The notes: generated by a model not told the origin, from the sequence alone. Counted from the first letter of the stretch, positions 38,123 to 46,701 are shown. The stretch: DNA of 64,000 nucleotides from Candidatus Niyogibacteria bacterium (GCA_016432485.1 CP066691.1:77466-141465), one strand, 5' to 3'. Numbers and translations: made by a program.

Positions 38123-38404
38123 TTAACTTATAATTTTTAGAATCGATTTTACGACTGAATCGTTTCTTTTGACTTTATAGCATATTTTTTGGCCCATTCT
38201 TTCCCTTTTAACGAGCCCCGCCATTTCCAGAATCCTGAATTGCTGGGAGACCGCTGGAACCGATATTTTAAGGGCGGAGGCGATTTCCGAAACGCAAAAA
38301 TCCTTCTTTTTGGCAATCAGCTCAAGTATGCGAAACCTGCTCGGATCGCCCAATACATTGAAAATAAGCCGGGTTTTTTCTTTTTTTGCCTTATATTTAG
38401 CCAT
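38123..38404 (-). CDS. ArsR/SmtB regulator
   Basis: LGDPSR.RI, CVSEIA, AVSQQ, RMGQKICY; resembles the 28434 paralog. Confidence 0.88.
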   Translation of the reverse strand: MAKYKAKKEKTRLIFNVLGDPSRFRILELIAKKKDFCVSEIASALKISVPAVSQQFRILEMAGLVKRERMGQKICYKVKRNDSVVKSILKIIS

Positions 38405-38417
38405 AGAATATTAAACA

Positions 38418-38463
38418 TTTAAGCAACTACTTAAAGTATACTCCGAGATAAAAGCGGTGTCAA
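38418..38463 (-). promoter_or_regulatory. ArsR promoter with operator
   Basis: TTGACA-N17-TATACT; imperfect palindrome TTTAAGcaactaCTTAAA next to the -10 box. Confidence 0.65.
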
Positions 38464-38517
38464 CCCCGTTTTAGAAAGACCTGTGTATAACTTCCCCTCT
38501 TTTATCTCTGCCCCGTC

Positions 38518-39048
38518 CTATATCCCGCCGCTTGCTCCCGGTATTTTCTCCGGGCCTCTGTTGCTGTAGCGTTTAATAAAATCTTCAATGCGTTGGACGG
38601 GCAGAATGTTATTTTCGATATTAAAAGTATCCAATCGGCCCCAGGCGGCAAGAGCTATGTCGGCATCGTTAGTTTCCCGCGGTTCTATGATGACTTTAGC
38701 GGCTCCGAACTCCTTTAATTGGTTTTTTATTTCGTCCGTAACGCGCGGATGGTAGGCAATCCAAACATCGCCATGCTCAAGATTATGGATAATATGCTGA
38801 TCGGCTATTGATTCGGCGCGAAATCCGGAGCGCGCGGTTTGTCCGTAGTGAGGCCCCGATGTGGGCGGATTTGAAGTATATTCCGGAAGCGGGCCGCCTA
38901 CGGCTATGTGGCTTATATTTTCCATAATAGGAATTTGTCGGCTAAAATCCTCGCCTTCGGGAGTGGCATTTTGTACCAAAAGATATAAACCGAAACTTAT
39001 GGCGGCAATAACAGCAATGATTATAATGTAAAATTTTAATTTGCGCAT
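38518..39048 (-). CDS. DUF3105-like membrane-anchored protein
   Basis: YTSNPPTSGPH, HNLEHG, AAWG, GPE. Confidence 0.8.
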   Translation of the reverse strand: MRKLKFYIIIIAVIAAISFGLYLLVQNATPEGEDFSRQIPIMENISHIAVGGPLPEYTSNPPTSGPHYGQTARSGFRAESIADQHIIHNLEHGDVWIAYHPRVTDEIKNQLKEFGAAKVIIEPRETNDADIALAAWGRLDTFNIENNILPVQRIEDFIKRYSNRGPEKIPGASGGI

Positions 39049-39096
39049 AAATTATATCGCATTTATTTAACAATAGTTTTTCGACTTAATTATATT

Positions 39097-39525
39097 TTAT
39101 TGGTTTTTTGAATATTCCGCAAGAAGTTTTGAGCTTGAGCGTATTTTTCCGCTTCGGCCGACGTTAAAAACCATTTTCACTCCAAGCTTTTTGCATATTT
39201 TAGCTTCGGGTATTGACGCTTCGTTTTTTCGGTCTCCGCCATTGGCAAATATATCCGGCTTGAATTTTTCTATCGCCTCCCCCACATCATTTCTGTCGCT
39301 TTGAAGCACATAAACATCATCAACATATCTTATGCTTTTTATCAGTTCGGCCCGGTCGTTTTGATTCATAAAAAATTTTCCTTTTTTGCGGACAAGCCAG
39401 TCATCGCAGTTTAAAACCACAAGAAGTTTTCCGCCAAGTTCTTTGGCTTCTTTGAACATCTCAAGATGGCCAACATGTATTGGGTCAAATCCGCCGGAAA
39501 CCATGACCACGCGCCCTTCTCGCAT
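39097..39525 (-). CDS. Cytidylyltransferase-like protein (TagD/RfaE-II family)
   Basis: SGGFDPIHVGH, ANGGDR, KIRSSS; start moved to MREGR to clear the tRNA. Confidence 0.85.
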   Translation of the reverse strand: MREGRVVMVSGGFDPIHVGHLEMFKEAKELGGKLLVVLNCDDWLVRKKGKFFMNQNDRAELIKSIRYVDDVYVLQSDRNDVGEAIEKFKPDIFANGGDRKNEASIPEAKICKKLGVKMVFNVGRSGKIRSSSKLLAEYSKNQ

Positions 39526-39570
39526 ATATAAATCGTAATTAATCTCCTTTTTTCCGTCAAACTTGTTTTT

Positions 39571-39641
39571 TGGACCGTGGGAGAATCGAACTCCCGTCTC
39601 CCGGATGCAAACCGGGTGCATTGCCACTGTGCTAACGGCCC
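39571..39641 (-). tRNA. tRNA-Ala(TGC)
   Basis: Cloverleaf with CCCGG-TT-TGC-AT-CCGGG, G3:U70 pair and TTCGA loop; CCA not encoded. Confidence 0.93.
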
Positions 39642-39725
39642 CCTTTCACAGTTTAAAATTTATAATATAATAAAAACGGTGTTTTCTCAAGCCCTTTAAT
39701 CTATTTCAGCCAATGGAGGCGGCCG

Positions 39726-40436
39726 ATGACGGACAAAAATCCGCCGCCCCTCCGGCGGCGTATATTCTTATATCCGGGTAAAAATTCCAGAAAGGTCTGT
39801 TTCTTTACTCTTACGGCGCTTTGGGTTTTCTTTTTTTGGATGTGGGGGCCTCTGGGGCCGTTTAATCTCGGGGCGGCGGATAATGTTCTTTTTTCATCCA
39901 AGTGGTGGTTTGACACATTGGGACACGCTATTGCCGGAATTATGCTCATTTTTTCCTTCCTGTATATTTACCGAACTCCCCAGCGCGTTCTTGAACTTGA
40001 ACGGGATGAACAAAAACATGAAATTCTGATACTCTCCGCCAAAATCACGGTTTTCGCGATAGCCGTATTATGGGAAGTTTTTGAGATGGCTGTTGACTGG
40101 TATATAAATGACTATACCTTTGCCGAGTTCAAGCACAATATGCAAAAAGGGGGCGCGGACACCACCCTTGATATTGTCGCGACAGGATTTTGCGGCTGGC
40201 TGACGGCCGGGTGCTACGGGCTATATAAAAAAAGATTCAGGATCAGGCATCTGAATGAACATTTTGAAATAGACAAAAAAATAGAATTAATTCAGGCCTT
40301 AACCGGCGAAGTTTTGGATGATTTACGGGTCTTACGCAAAGAAGACCGCAAAGAACGAATGGTAAAATTAAAAAGGAATGCGAGAAAACTAATGAAATTT
40401 TTTAAAAAGAAAAGCCGCTCAATGGGCCGCCCCTAA
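39726..40436 (+). CDS. Hypothetical membrane protein
   Basis: Several TM helices with D...H, WE..E and DT..D motifs. Confidence 0.6.
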   Translation: MTDKNPPPLRRRIFLYPGKNSRKVCFFTLTALWVFFFWMWGPLGPFNLGAADNVLFSSKWWFDTLGHAIAGIMLIFSFLYIYRTPQRVLELERDEQKHEILILSAKITVFAIAVLWEVFEMAVDWYINDYTFAEFKHNMQKGGADTTLDIVATGFCGWLTAGCYGLYKKRFRIRHLNEHFEIDKKIELIQALTGEVLDDLRVLRKEDRKERMVKLKRNARKLMKFFKKKSRSMGRP

Positions 40437-41437
40437 AGGACGGCTTTTTTCATGGCAAGTTCCAATAAATGGTCAATCAGTTGATGAAATTCAAGACCGG
40501 CGGCTTCCAGCGCTTTCGGGCAAAGACATTCGCCGGCAAGTCCGGGAAGCGTGTTTAATTCCAAAAAATATATCTTGTTTCCGGAAACTATGAAGTCCGA
40601 GCGCGAATAATGCCGGCAGCCGAGGGCATTATGCGCGATAACGGCAAGAGTTTTTAATTTGCGCGCTGTTTCATCATTAAACCTTCCTGGGCATATTTCC
40701 TGCGTAGAGCCGTCATATTTACATTCATAGTCAAAAAATTCTTTTCCTGTCGGTGGAATAATTTCCACAATCGGAAAAGCGTAGTGAGGTTGCTGCCGAA
40801 AATTATCTACAACCGCGCAAGTTGCCTCGCGTCCCTTGATGAAAGGTTCAACCAGTGCCGTTTTATCGCGTCTAAGCGCGTCAGAGATGCCGGTAATCAG
40901 GTCATAGACGGTGCGGCATACGCTTACGCCTATTGACGACCCACAGCCTGCTGGTTTTACAATTAGCGGTAGGCCGAATTGGCGGATAGCTTCTGCGGAT
41001 TTGCTTTTTATGTCATCTGAAGTTTTTACCGCGATATAAGGCATAACGGGCATAGCGGAAAGCCGGAGCACTTCTCTTGCAAGGTGTTTCTGCATGGCAA
41101 GGGATGAGGCCAGCGAGTCCGAGCCGGTGTAAGGAACGTTGTGCGCTTCAAAGATTTTCTGCGCGGTTCCGTCTTCGCCGTATTCGCCGTGCAGAGCGTT
41201 AAATATAACATCAATGGATTTAAAAATTTTATGCGGCTCGCCTTGTTTTCCGTATAAATGCCAGACGCCGGTTTTATCAATGAAAATATCAACTGGTTCG
41301 TACTTGTCCTGAGCTTGCTTGCCGTGAGCTTGTCGAATCAGTCGAAGGGTTTTAAGCACAGTCTCCCCTGTTTTCAGGGAAACCTCGTATTCCGATGAAG
41401 GCCCTCCGCGCAAAACTCCGACTTTGATTTTAGCCAT
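40433..41437 (-). CDS. ddl: D-alanine--D-alanine ligase
   Basis: GG.S.EYEVSL, LHG.YGEDG, GSSIG, FDY..KY, ELNTLPG. Confidence 0.93.
   Translation of the reverse strand: MAKIKVGVLRGGPSSEYEVSLKTGETVLKTLRLIRQAHGKQAQDKYEPVDIFIDKTGVWHLYGKQGEPHKIFKSIDVIFNALHGEYGEDGTAQKIFEAHNVPYTGSDSLASSLAMQKHLAREVLRLSAMPVMPYIAVKTSDDIKSKSAEAIRQFGLPLIVKPAGCGSSIGVSVCRTVYDLITGISDALRRDKTALVEPFIKGREATCAVVDNFRQQPHYAFPIVEIIPPTGKEFFDYECKYDGSTQEICPGRFNDETARKLKTLAVIAHNALGCRHYSRSDFIVSGNKIYFLELNTLPGLAGECLCPKALEAAGLEFHQLIDHLLELAMKKAVL
41303..41349 (-). mobile_element. Nested hairpin mini-element pair in ddl
   Basis: Sense CCCTTCGA[CTGATTCGACAAGCTCACGGCAAG]CAAGCTCAGGACAAG; inner unit 24 nt (41318-41341). Confidence 0.75.
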
Positions 41438-41485
41438 TAACTTTATTATACTGTAATAAGATTGAAGGCAAAATAGGAGACGCCG

Positions 41486-42313
41486 ATGCTCACAAGGCTT
41501 GATTTTTATGGTGGGCTTGAACAGCTCCGCGGTTTTAACAGTTTTCCGGCGCCGCATTTTTTTACAACATTGCAAGCCGGCAATATGTCTTCGGAATGGG
41601 GAGACGAGGAAGAGGTTTATGACAATTTTAAAAATTTTCTTCGTCAGGTGATGCCCCGTAGACCTAAGCCGGTTTTAATGCTCCCCGAGCATTCGCATAA
41701 AATTACTATTTTATCACCTCATCAGTCTTCCGCTTGGAATATCAAATGCGACGGCTTACTCACAGCGTCTCCACATATCGCGCTGGTGATGAAACCGGCG
41801 GATTGTCTTCCGGTCTTGATGACAACAGCCGACCGAAAATTTGTCGGTTTGATTCATGCCGGCTGGCGCGGGACAAATGAAGAAATTGCCAGCAAAGCCG
41901 TAGAATTAGCCGTTAGCGCTTACAAAGTTAAACCCGAAGAAATTTTTATCGGAATCGGACCCGGGATTCATGAGTGTTGTTATGATGATGAAGAATTGGC
42001 TCGTAAACTTTTATCGGATGAACGTTGGCGGCCGTTTATCAGCGGGGGTCCGCTCGGAGCGCGCATTGATTTGCTTGATTTTAACGTAAGACAGCTTTTG
42101 GGCGCCGGAGTTAAGCGTGAACATATAAAAGTCGCCGAAAATTGTACCTGCCATTCGCGGGAAAAAAATGAATATTTGTTTTTTTCTCATCACCGCGTGA
42201 AAAGGCAAAGCGAAGAAAAAGCGCGTTTGGAAAAAGAGGGTCGGTTTGAAGAAGCTGAAAAAATCATTCCGGAACCCGAAGGTCGACATGCCGCAGTCGT
42301 TTCAATGATTTAA
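41486..42313 (+). CDS. YfiH/PgeF (laccase-domain) family protein
   Basis: H, DGL.T, ADC.P, HAGWRG, IGPGI..CCY, FFSH. Confidence 0.85.
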   Translation: MLTRLDFYGGLEQLRGFNSFPAPHFFTTLQAGNMSSEWGDEEEVYDNFKNFLRQVMPRRPKPVLMLPEHSHKITILSPHQSSAWNIKCDGLLTASPHIALVMKPADCLPVLMTTADRKFVGLIHAGWRGTNEEIASKAVELAVSAYKVKPEEIFIGIGPGIHECCYDDEELARKLLSDERWRPFISGGPLGARIDLLDFNVRQLLGAGVKREHIKVAENCTCHSREKNEYLFFSHHRVKRQSEEKARLEKEGRFEEAEKIIPEPEGRHAAVVSMI

Positions 42314-42370
42314 GGATTTAGATTTAAGAGCATAATCTAATATCAGCGGTCGCTTGTATTAGATTATCAT

Positions 42371-42399
42371 AAAAAATCCCGACGCGTTGTCGGGACTTT
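42371..42399. terminator. Bidirectional terminator between convergent genes
   Basis: AAAAAATCCCGAC-gcgtt-GTCGGGACTTT. Confidence 0.6.
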
Positions 42400-43120
42400 A
42401 CTTTTTAGCCGCGATTTTGTCTTTGATGGCATTGAACACCGCCTCAATTGTTTTATCAAACATTTGGGGCTTTGAAAGTTCAGTTGAGTCAATCAAGATA
42501 ACCGGTTTTCCGGCGCCTTTCATTTCCTCATAACTTTGGCTGAAAATTTCAACTAGTTCACCCGTGGTTTTTAAATCAGTATAGCTCCCCTCTTTTGATT
42601 CAATGATTGTCGGCGCGTCAAGTTTCGCCCGCCTCTTTGCTTCTTCTGGCGAGCAGATTACATACAGGCATAGATCAATAAAGTCAAGTATTAGCGTATT
42701 GGTGAAGAATTTTTGAAATTCAGCCATTTCTTTTTTGCTTAGGTTGCCCCTGCGTTGCCAGAAAATCATCCATCCATGAGCGTCATAAAGCGCGCGGTCA
42801 AGCAAAACGACATCGTGGTCCCGGCCGGTTGCCGCGCTTGAAACATTAATAAGCCCATAAGCGCCGGTAGTCAGGTTATAAAGCGGCGTTTTTCGCGATA
42901 AAGCCCTGAAAACCTCGGCGCCTTCTTGAGGTCTATACACTTTGAAGGCGCTATGTCTGAAAATGGAATCCACGCCGTTAATCAGCGTAGTTTTGCCCGA
43001 GTTAGGCGAACCTGTAAGCTCTATAATGAGCGGTCTTGGGATTTCCTCGCGCAAGTTTCTTTTCAGAAATTCGCGCATTTCCTGTAAAAGTTTTTCAAAT
43101 TCTTTAGTTTGATTGGCCAC
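42398..43120 (-). CDS. P-loop nucleotide kinase-like protein (dTMP kinase-like)
   Basis: GSPNSGKTT, LLDR..YD. Confidence 0.65.
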   Translation of the reverse strand: MANQTKEFEKLLQEMREFLKRNLREEIPRPLIIELTGSPNSGKTTLINGVDSIFRHSAFKVYRPQEGAEVFRALSRKTPLYNLTTGAYGLINVSSAATGRDHDVVLLDRALYDAHGWMIFWQRRGNLSKKEMAEFQKFFTNTLILDFIDLCLYVICSPEEAKRRAKLDAPTIIESKEGSYTDLKTTGELVEIFSQSYEEMKGAGKPVILIDSTELSKPQMFDKTIEAVFNAIKDKIAAKK

Positions 43121-43165
43121 TTCAAACTCCTTGTAAAAAAATTTTTATCTGACTAAAATGCTAAC

Positions 43166-43744
43166 ATGTTAAAAATGACCAAAATAGGTCTTGATTTAGA
43201 TGGCGTCATAATTGATCATACGTCAAGCCGGATTAAAAAGGCCCGCGAGCTTGGCTATGACGTCAAGCCTCGCGAAACTTCGACGCATATCATAAAAAAA
43301 CTTTTATCGCCGGAACATTATAAAGAACTTCAGATGTACGTTTATGGTCCGGCTTCACTTTTGGCGCCCACAATGGAGAGGGCGGCTGAACAGATTAAAA
43401 AGCTTGCGTCTAAAAACGAACTTTTCATAATTTCCCGCCGCAATATTTATGATGAAGGGGATAAGTTAGGCTTAAAATGGCTTGAATCTAACGGTTTATT
43501 TGATTTTATACCAAAAGATAAAATTATTTTCGTGCCTCACGACGAAAAGGGGGCAAAAAATGTTGCTGCCAAAAAACTGGGTATTGAAATTTATCTAGAC
43601 GACCAATTAAAAATTCTTGAAGAAATTCCGGATGTCAAAACCCGCGTTCTTTTTGACCAGCACAATATCTCTTCTCCTCCGCCTCCCTACGCCAAAGTGG
43701 TAAACTGGCTGGAGTTTGCCGATTTTGTATCCAAATTCTCCTAA
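43166..43744 (+). CDS. HAD-family 5'(3')-nucleotidase-like protein
   Basis: DLDGVI, ISRR, K, YLDD. Confidence 0.7.
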   Translation: MLKMTKIGLDLDGVIIDHTSSRIKKARELGYDVKPRETSTHIIKKLLSPEHYKELQMYVYGPASLLAPTMERAAEQIKKLASKNELFIISRRNIYDEGDKLGLKWLESNGLFDFIPKDKIIFVPHDEKGAKNVAAKKLGIEIYLDDQLKILEEIPDVKTRVLFDQHNISSPPPPYAKVVNWLEFADFVSKFS

Positions 43745-43880
43745 AAAACTAAACACCGAGTGTCTAGTAAAAATTGATAAAAAATAAAACCCCGCTTTAT
43801 AAAATACTCTTATCCTTGACGTCAACCCCATAAGCAAAGCAGAATTTAACTAAAGAACCTTGTTTTATGGGGGCTTCGAA

Positions 43881-44492
43881 ATGCTGCGAATAGCTATTTT
43901 GGGAGCGACCGGCGTCGGTAAGGACACCCTTTGCCGTCTGCTTGCCAACGATCTGGCGCGATATTCTCTCGCTCGGAAAAAGCTGGTTAAAATCCGAGAA
44001 ATTCAGGAGTACTCGGTTTTGTGGACGGATAAAACCGGCGGAACAAAAGAATTTTTTGAACAATTTTGGATTTATCAGATGCAAAGGGAATGGGACCATG
44101 ATTTTGACTCGCGCTCAAACGATGACTTTTGCGCGGTTATTTTACGAGCACCCGCTCCACTGGCATACTTTTTTGCTCTCGCTTTCGCCGATATTAAAGA
44201 CGAAAAGCATCGCGAGGCCCTTGCCGACCTCTACAAAGAGGCGTTGGGCGAACTTTTGAAATACGATCTGATATTTTTCCTTCCCATTGAATTTAATGTG
44301 CCAGAGGGAGACCGTTTGCGTAAAAAAGATTTCCGTTTTAATGTTAACGCGTCAATCAGGTCATTTCTTCCCCTGCATAAAATACCTTTTATTGAAATAC
44401 GCGGCACGGAAACTGAAAGAGCCAAAAAAGTTGCAAGAGCAGTTAAAGATATGTTTAAAGCCAAAGTCGCCCAAGAGACGCAAAAATCTTAA
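43881..44492 (+). CDS. NadR/AAA_28-like P-loop kinase
   Basis: IAILG.TGVGK.TL, YDLIF.LP, D.LR, I.G...ER. Confidence 0.65.
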   Translation: MLRIAILGATGVGKDTLCRLLANDLARYSLARKKLVKIREIQEYSVLWTDKTGGTKEFFEQFWIYQMQREWDHDFDSRSNDDFCAVILRAPAPLAYFFALAFADIKDEKHREALADLYKEALGELLKYDLIFFLPIEFNVPEGDRLRKKDFRFNVNASIRSFLPLHKIPFIEIRGTETERAKKVARAVKDMFKAKVAQETQKS

Positions 44493-44517
44493 AAGTCCCG
44501 CTGTTGTCGGGACTTTT
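44491..44517. terminator. Intrinsic terminator
   Basis: AAAAGTCCCG-ctgttgt-CGGGACTTTT. Confidence 0.6.
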
Positions 44518-44569
44518 GTTTTGAGTGAAAAAATGTATAATAAATAATTAAGGGCGTATAGCTCAGTGG

Positions 44570-44638
44570 GTCAAAAGCGTTTAAATAGCTTTTGACGGGC
44601 GATTACAATAATTTAAATATAAATTTAGGTCGCCCAGG
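44570..44638 (+). mobile_element. Double-hairpin insertion with CAGG tail in the tRNA D-loop
   Basis: GTCAAAAGC..GCTTTTGAC, then GGGCGA..TCGCCC, ending CAGG. Confidence 0.65.
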
Positions 44639-44654
44639 GAGAGCGCAGTCCTGA

Positions 44655-44781
44655 CCCCAGTACCAAAAAATTTGCGGCTATAGCTCAGTTGGTTAGAGCG
44701 CGTCACTGATAATGACGAGGTCCTTGGTTCGAGTCCAAGTAGCCGCACTAAATGTAGAGCAAATTTTTGGTACGGGGCAAG
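44655..44781 (+). mobile_element. Inverted-repeat element with CAAG tail inserted at anticodon position 35/36 and carrying a tRNA
   Basis: Arms CCCCAGTACCAAAAAATTTGC / GCAAATTTTTGGTACGGGG, then CAAG. Confidence 0.75.
44674..44747 (+). tRNA. tRNA-Ile(GAT), intact inner copy
   Basis: Acceptor GCGGCTA/TAGCCGC; CGTCA-CT-GAT-AA-TGACG; CTTGG-TTCGAGT-CCAAG. Confidence 0.95.
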
Positions 44782-44825
44782 TAATGACGAGGCCGGAGGT
44801 TCGATCCCTCCCATGCCCACCAGAA

Positions 44826-44912
44826 TAGAACTCAAAGGGTTTTGAGAGACCGAATTGTGGGCGGCGCAAAGCGCCGCCCACCAAATGGCTCTCAAAAAGC
44901 CGTTGAGTTTTA
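44826..44912. repeat. Long imperfect hairpin after the tRNA
   Basis: Core GTGGGCGGCGC-aaa-GCGCCGCCCAC extended by TTTTGAGAG/CTCTCAAAA and AACTCAA/TTGAGTT. Confidence 0.7.
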
Positions 44913-44985
44913 TCATGGTGTATTTATACGACCAAGCTCGAACCTATTTTAGCAGAAATTTCTGACACTGACGAACGCCCCGCCG

Positions 44986-45014
44986 CCCGCCTCCGCTAAC
45001 GCTCCGGCGGCAAC
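44986..45014 (+). repeat. Diverged copy of the PASAKATAG-type hairpin element
   Basis: CCCGCCTCCGCTAACGCTCCGGCGG-CAAC. Confidence 0.6.
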
Positions 45015-45493
45015 CTCGCAGAAAAATATCCTCCGCAATTCTTTTTTTGCGCGCGCCCGATTTTTTCCTAAACAAGGAAGAGGATATTTTCTGCTCGGTT
45101 CCGCCCTCCAAGTATTTGGGCGGAGCGGCGGGGCTTCCATTCGCTTGGACGGCGCGGAATTCCCCCCTTGAACCCCCCTTCCGCCGCGCCCGAGCCGAAG
45201 CGAAGCCCCGTCGCCTGCTCTTTTAAGAGCAGAAGCCAGCAAAAAAGTTTTCTTCACCTTTTAGAAGAAAAAATTTATGGCGCGCGAAAATCAAAAATTG
45301 AGAAGAAAACTTTTTTGCTGGCTGGCGAGCGTCAGCGAGCGGCGGCGGGGCGAAGCGTCAGGCGTTCCGTTCAAAATAGGTTCGGATTATTTTCAGAGTA
45401 CTCCACAAGACTCCAAAATTATCGACTTTACATTTAGAACTTTGCCGACTAGACTGGTTAATAGTTCTGAATATAGGGTCGTGGAGGGTTATT

Positions 45494-45805
45494 ATGCCTA
45501 AAGCCGATGTGGTTCTTGAAATCGATTTTGACGTTAACAGTCCGGAAAAAAGTGTAATAAGAACTAACGCCAAAAAAGAAAAACTTGGAGAGACACTTGA
45601 AGCGTGGCTGTCTTGCCAGTTTGGACTGGGTGAAGATGAGAGCGAGTTAGACAAAAAGGATATATATAAAATAAAAATCCAATTGGATTTAAGCGACGAC
45701 TCTTTCTATACCAACAGCGATACGGGGAATAAGGGACTTACTTGCGGAATTATTATATGCGTACTCGATAACTTGAGCCGGATTGAAGTTGTTGATCTTT
45801 CATAA
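45494..45805 (+). CDS. Hypothetical acidic protein
   Basis: ATG start, protein-like composition, followed by a terminator hairpin at 45825-45849. Confidence 0.6.
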   Translation: MPKADVVLEIDFDVNSPEKSVIRTNAKKEKLGETLEAWLSCQFGLGEDESELDKKDIYKIKIQLDLSDDSFYTNSDTGNKGLTCGIIICVLDNLSRIEVVDLS

Positions 45806-45903
45806 ATCTGAAAGATAAAAAGTTAAGGCCGACGCATGTCGGTCTTTTTCTTTTAAATTTGTTGTCCTATGATATTTATGGGTGTTCTTACGGGAGGTCG
45901 GCC

Positions 45904-46701
45904 ATGGATTTACAAAAAATTATATTGACTCGATTGGATGAATATTTATTCGTGAATTTGGCAAATCCTCCGGTAAACGCGTTAAGTCGCGAGGTAATTG
46001 AAGAACTTCACGCAATGCTTGATTACGCTCAGAAAGAAGATTCAATACGGCAAATATTCATTGGCCACGGCGGAAAATTTTTCAGCGCCGGAGCCGACCT
46101 TGAGGAGTTACGCGAAGTGATTATGTCTGCGGATTGTTATATTAAAGCGGGAATGTTTTCCCGCCGCGGACAGATGCTTACTATGCGTATTGCCCGTTTT
46201 CCCAAAAAAATTATCGCGACCGTTAATGGGTATTGTCTTGGAGGAGGGCTTGAACTTGCGCTGGCATGCCATGAACAAATTTTTTTAAGTCAAGCTAAAA
46301 TTGGCTTGCCCGAAGCAACTCTTGGAATTATCCCCGGCTGGGGCGGTACGGCGTTAGCGCCCTTGAGGATTAAAGGCGCGCATAAATCGTTTCTTTCACG
46401 CGCTCAGATCGCGGCTCCCAGCGCGCTTTCTGACGGCGATATAAAAACAGAAACAAAAACTCCATCGCCTCTCGCGTTGAAATGGACAGAACTTCTGATG
46501 ACATTTGCCGCGCGTAGACATAAAGCGCTTGAATGCGACCTTGAATATCATTTCGCGATGGAAGCCGCGATATTCGCTTTTCTTTGCTCGGAAAGCGACG
46601 CGCGCGAAGGCCTAAGCGCGTTTTTTGAAAAAAGAAAGACTAATTTCAGCGCGGCTTCTCCGTCAACCGCGTTTGACCATATGGTCAAAATTTTTCGATA
46701 G
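45904..46701 (+). CDS. Enoyl-CoA hydratase/isomerase family protein
   Basis: PPVNAL, FSAGADL, G.CLGGGLELALAC, PEA.LGIIPGWGGT, AF.EKR. Confidence 0.85.
   Translation: MDLQKIILTRLDEYLFVNLANPPVNALSREVIEELHAMLDYAQKEDSIRQIFIGHGGKFFSAGADLEELREVIMSADCYIKAGMFSRRGQMLTMRIARFPKKIIATVNGYCLGGGLELALACHEQIFLSQAKIGLPEATLGIIPGWGGTALAPLRIKGAHKSFLSRAQIAAPSALSDGDIKTETKTPSPLALKWTELLMTFAARRHKALECDLEYHFAMEAAIFAFLCSESDAREGLSAFFEKRKTNFSAASPSTAFDHMVKIFR

Larger units (their letters stand above)
44552..44822 (+). pseudogene. Outer interrupted tRNA-Ile(GAT)-like gene in three pieces
   Basis: Pieces 44552-44569, 44639-44654 and 44782-44822 join to a 75-nt tRNA-shaped sequence ending ACCA; anticodon stem mispaired; A7-C66 mismatch. 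Confidence 0.7.

Noticed and set aside
28824-38490. Replication origin
   Set aside because: Only two isolated DnaA-box matches about 10 kb apart; no cluster and no dnaA gene.
39526-39627. N-terminal extension of the cytidylyltransferase ORF
   Set aside because: Overlaps tRNA-Ala; the later ATG at 39525 fits the family.
44655-44781. Group I intron in the tRNA anticodon
   Set aside because: It ends in G, but the 5' exon ends in A, there are no P7 R/S elements, and most of the insert is a tRNA.
44581-45501. Short ORFs over and after the tRNA locus
   Set aside because: They overlap tRNA sequence or GC-rich hairpins and show no recognisable domains.
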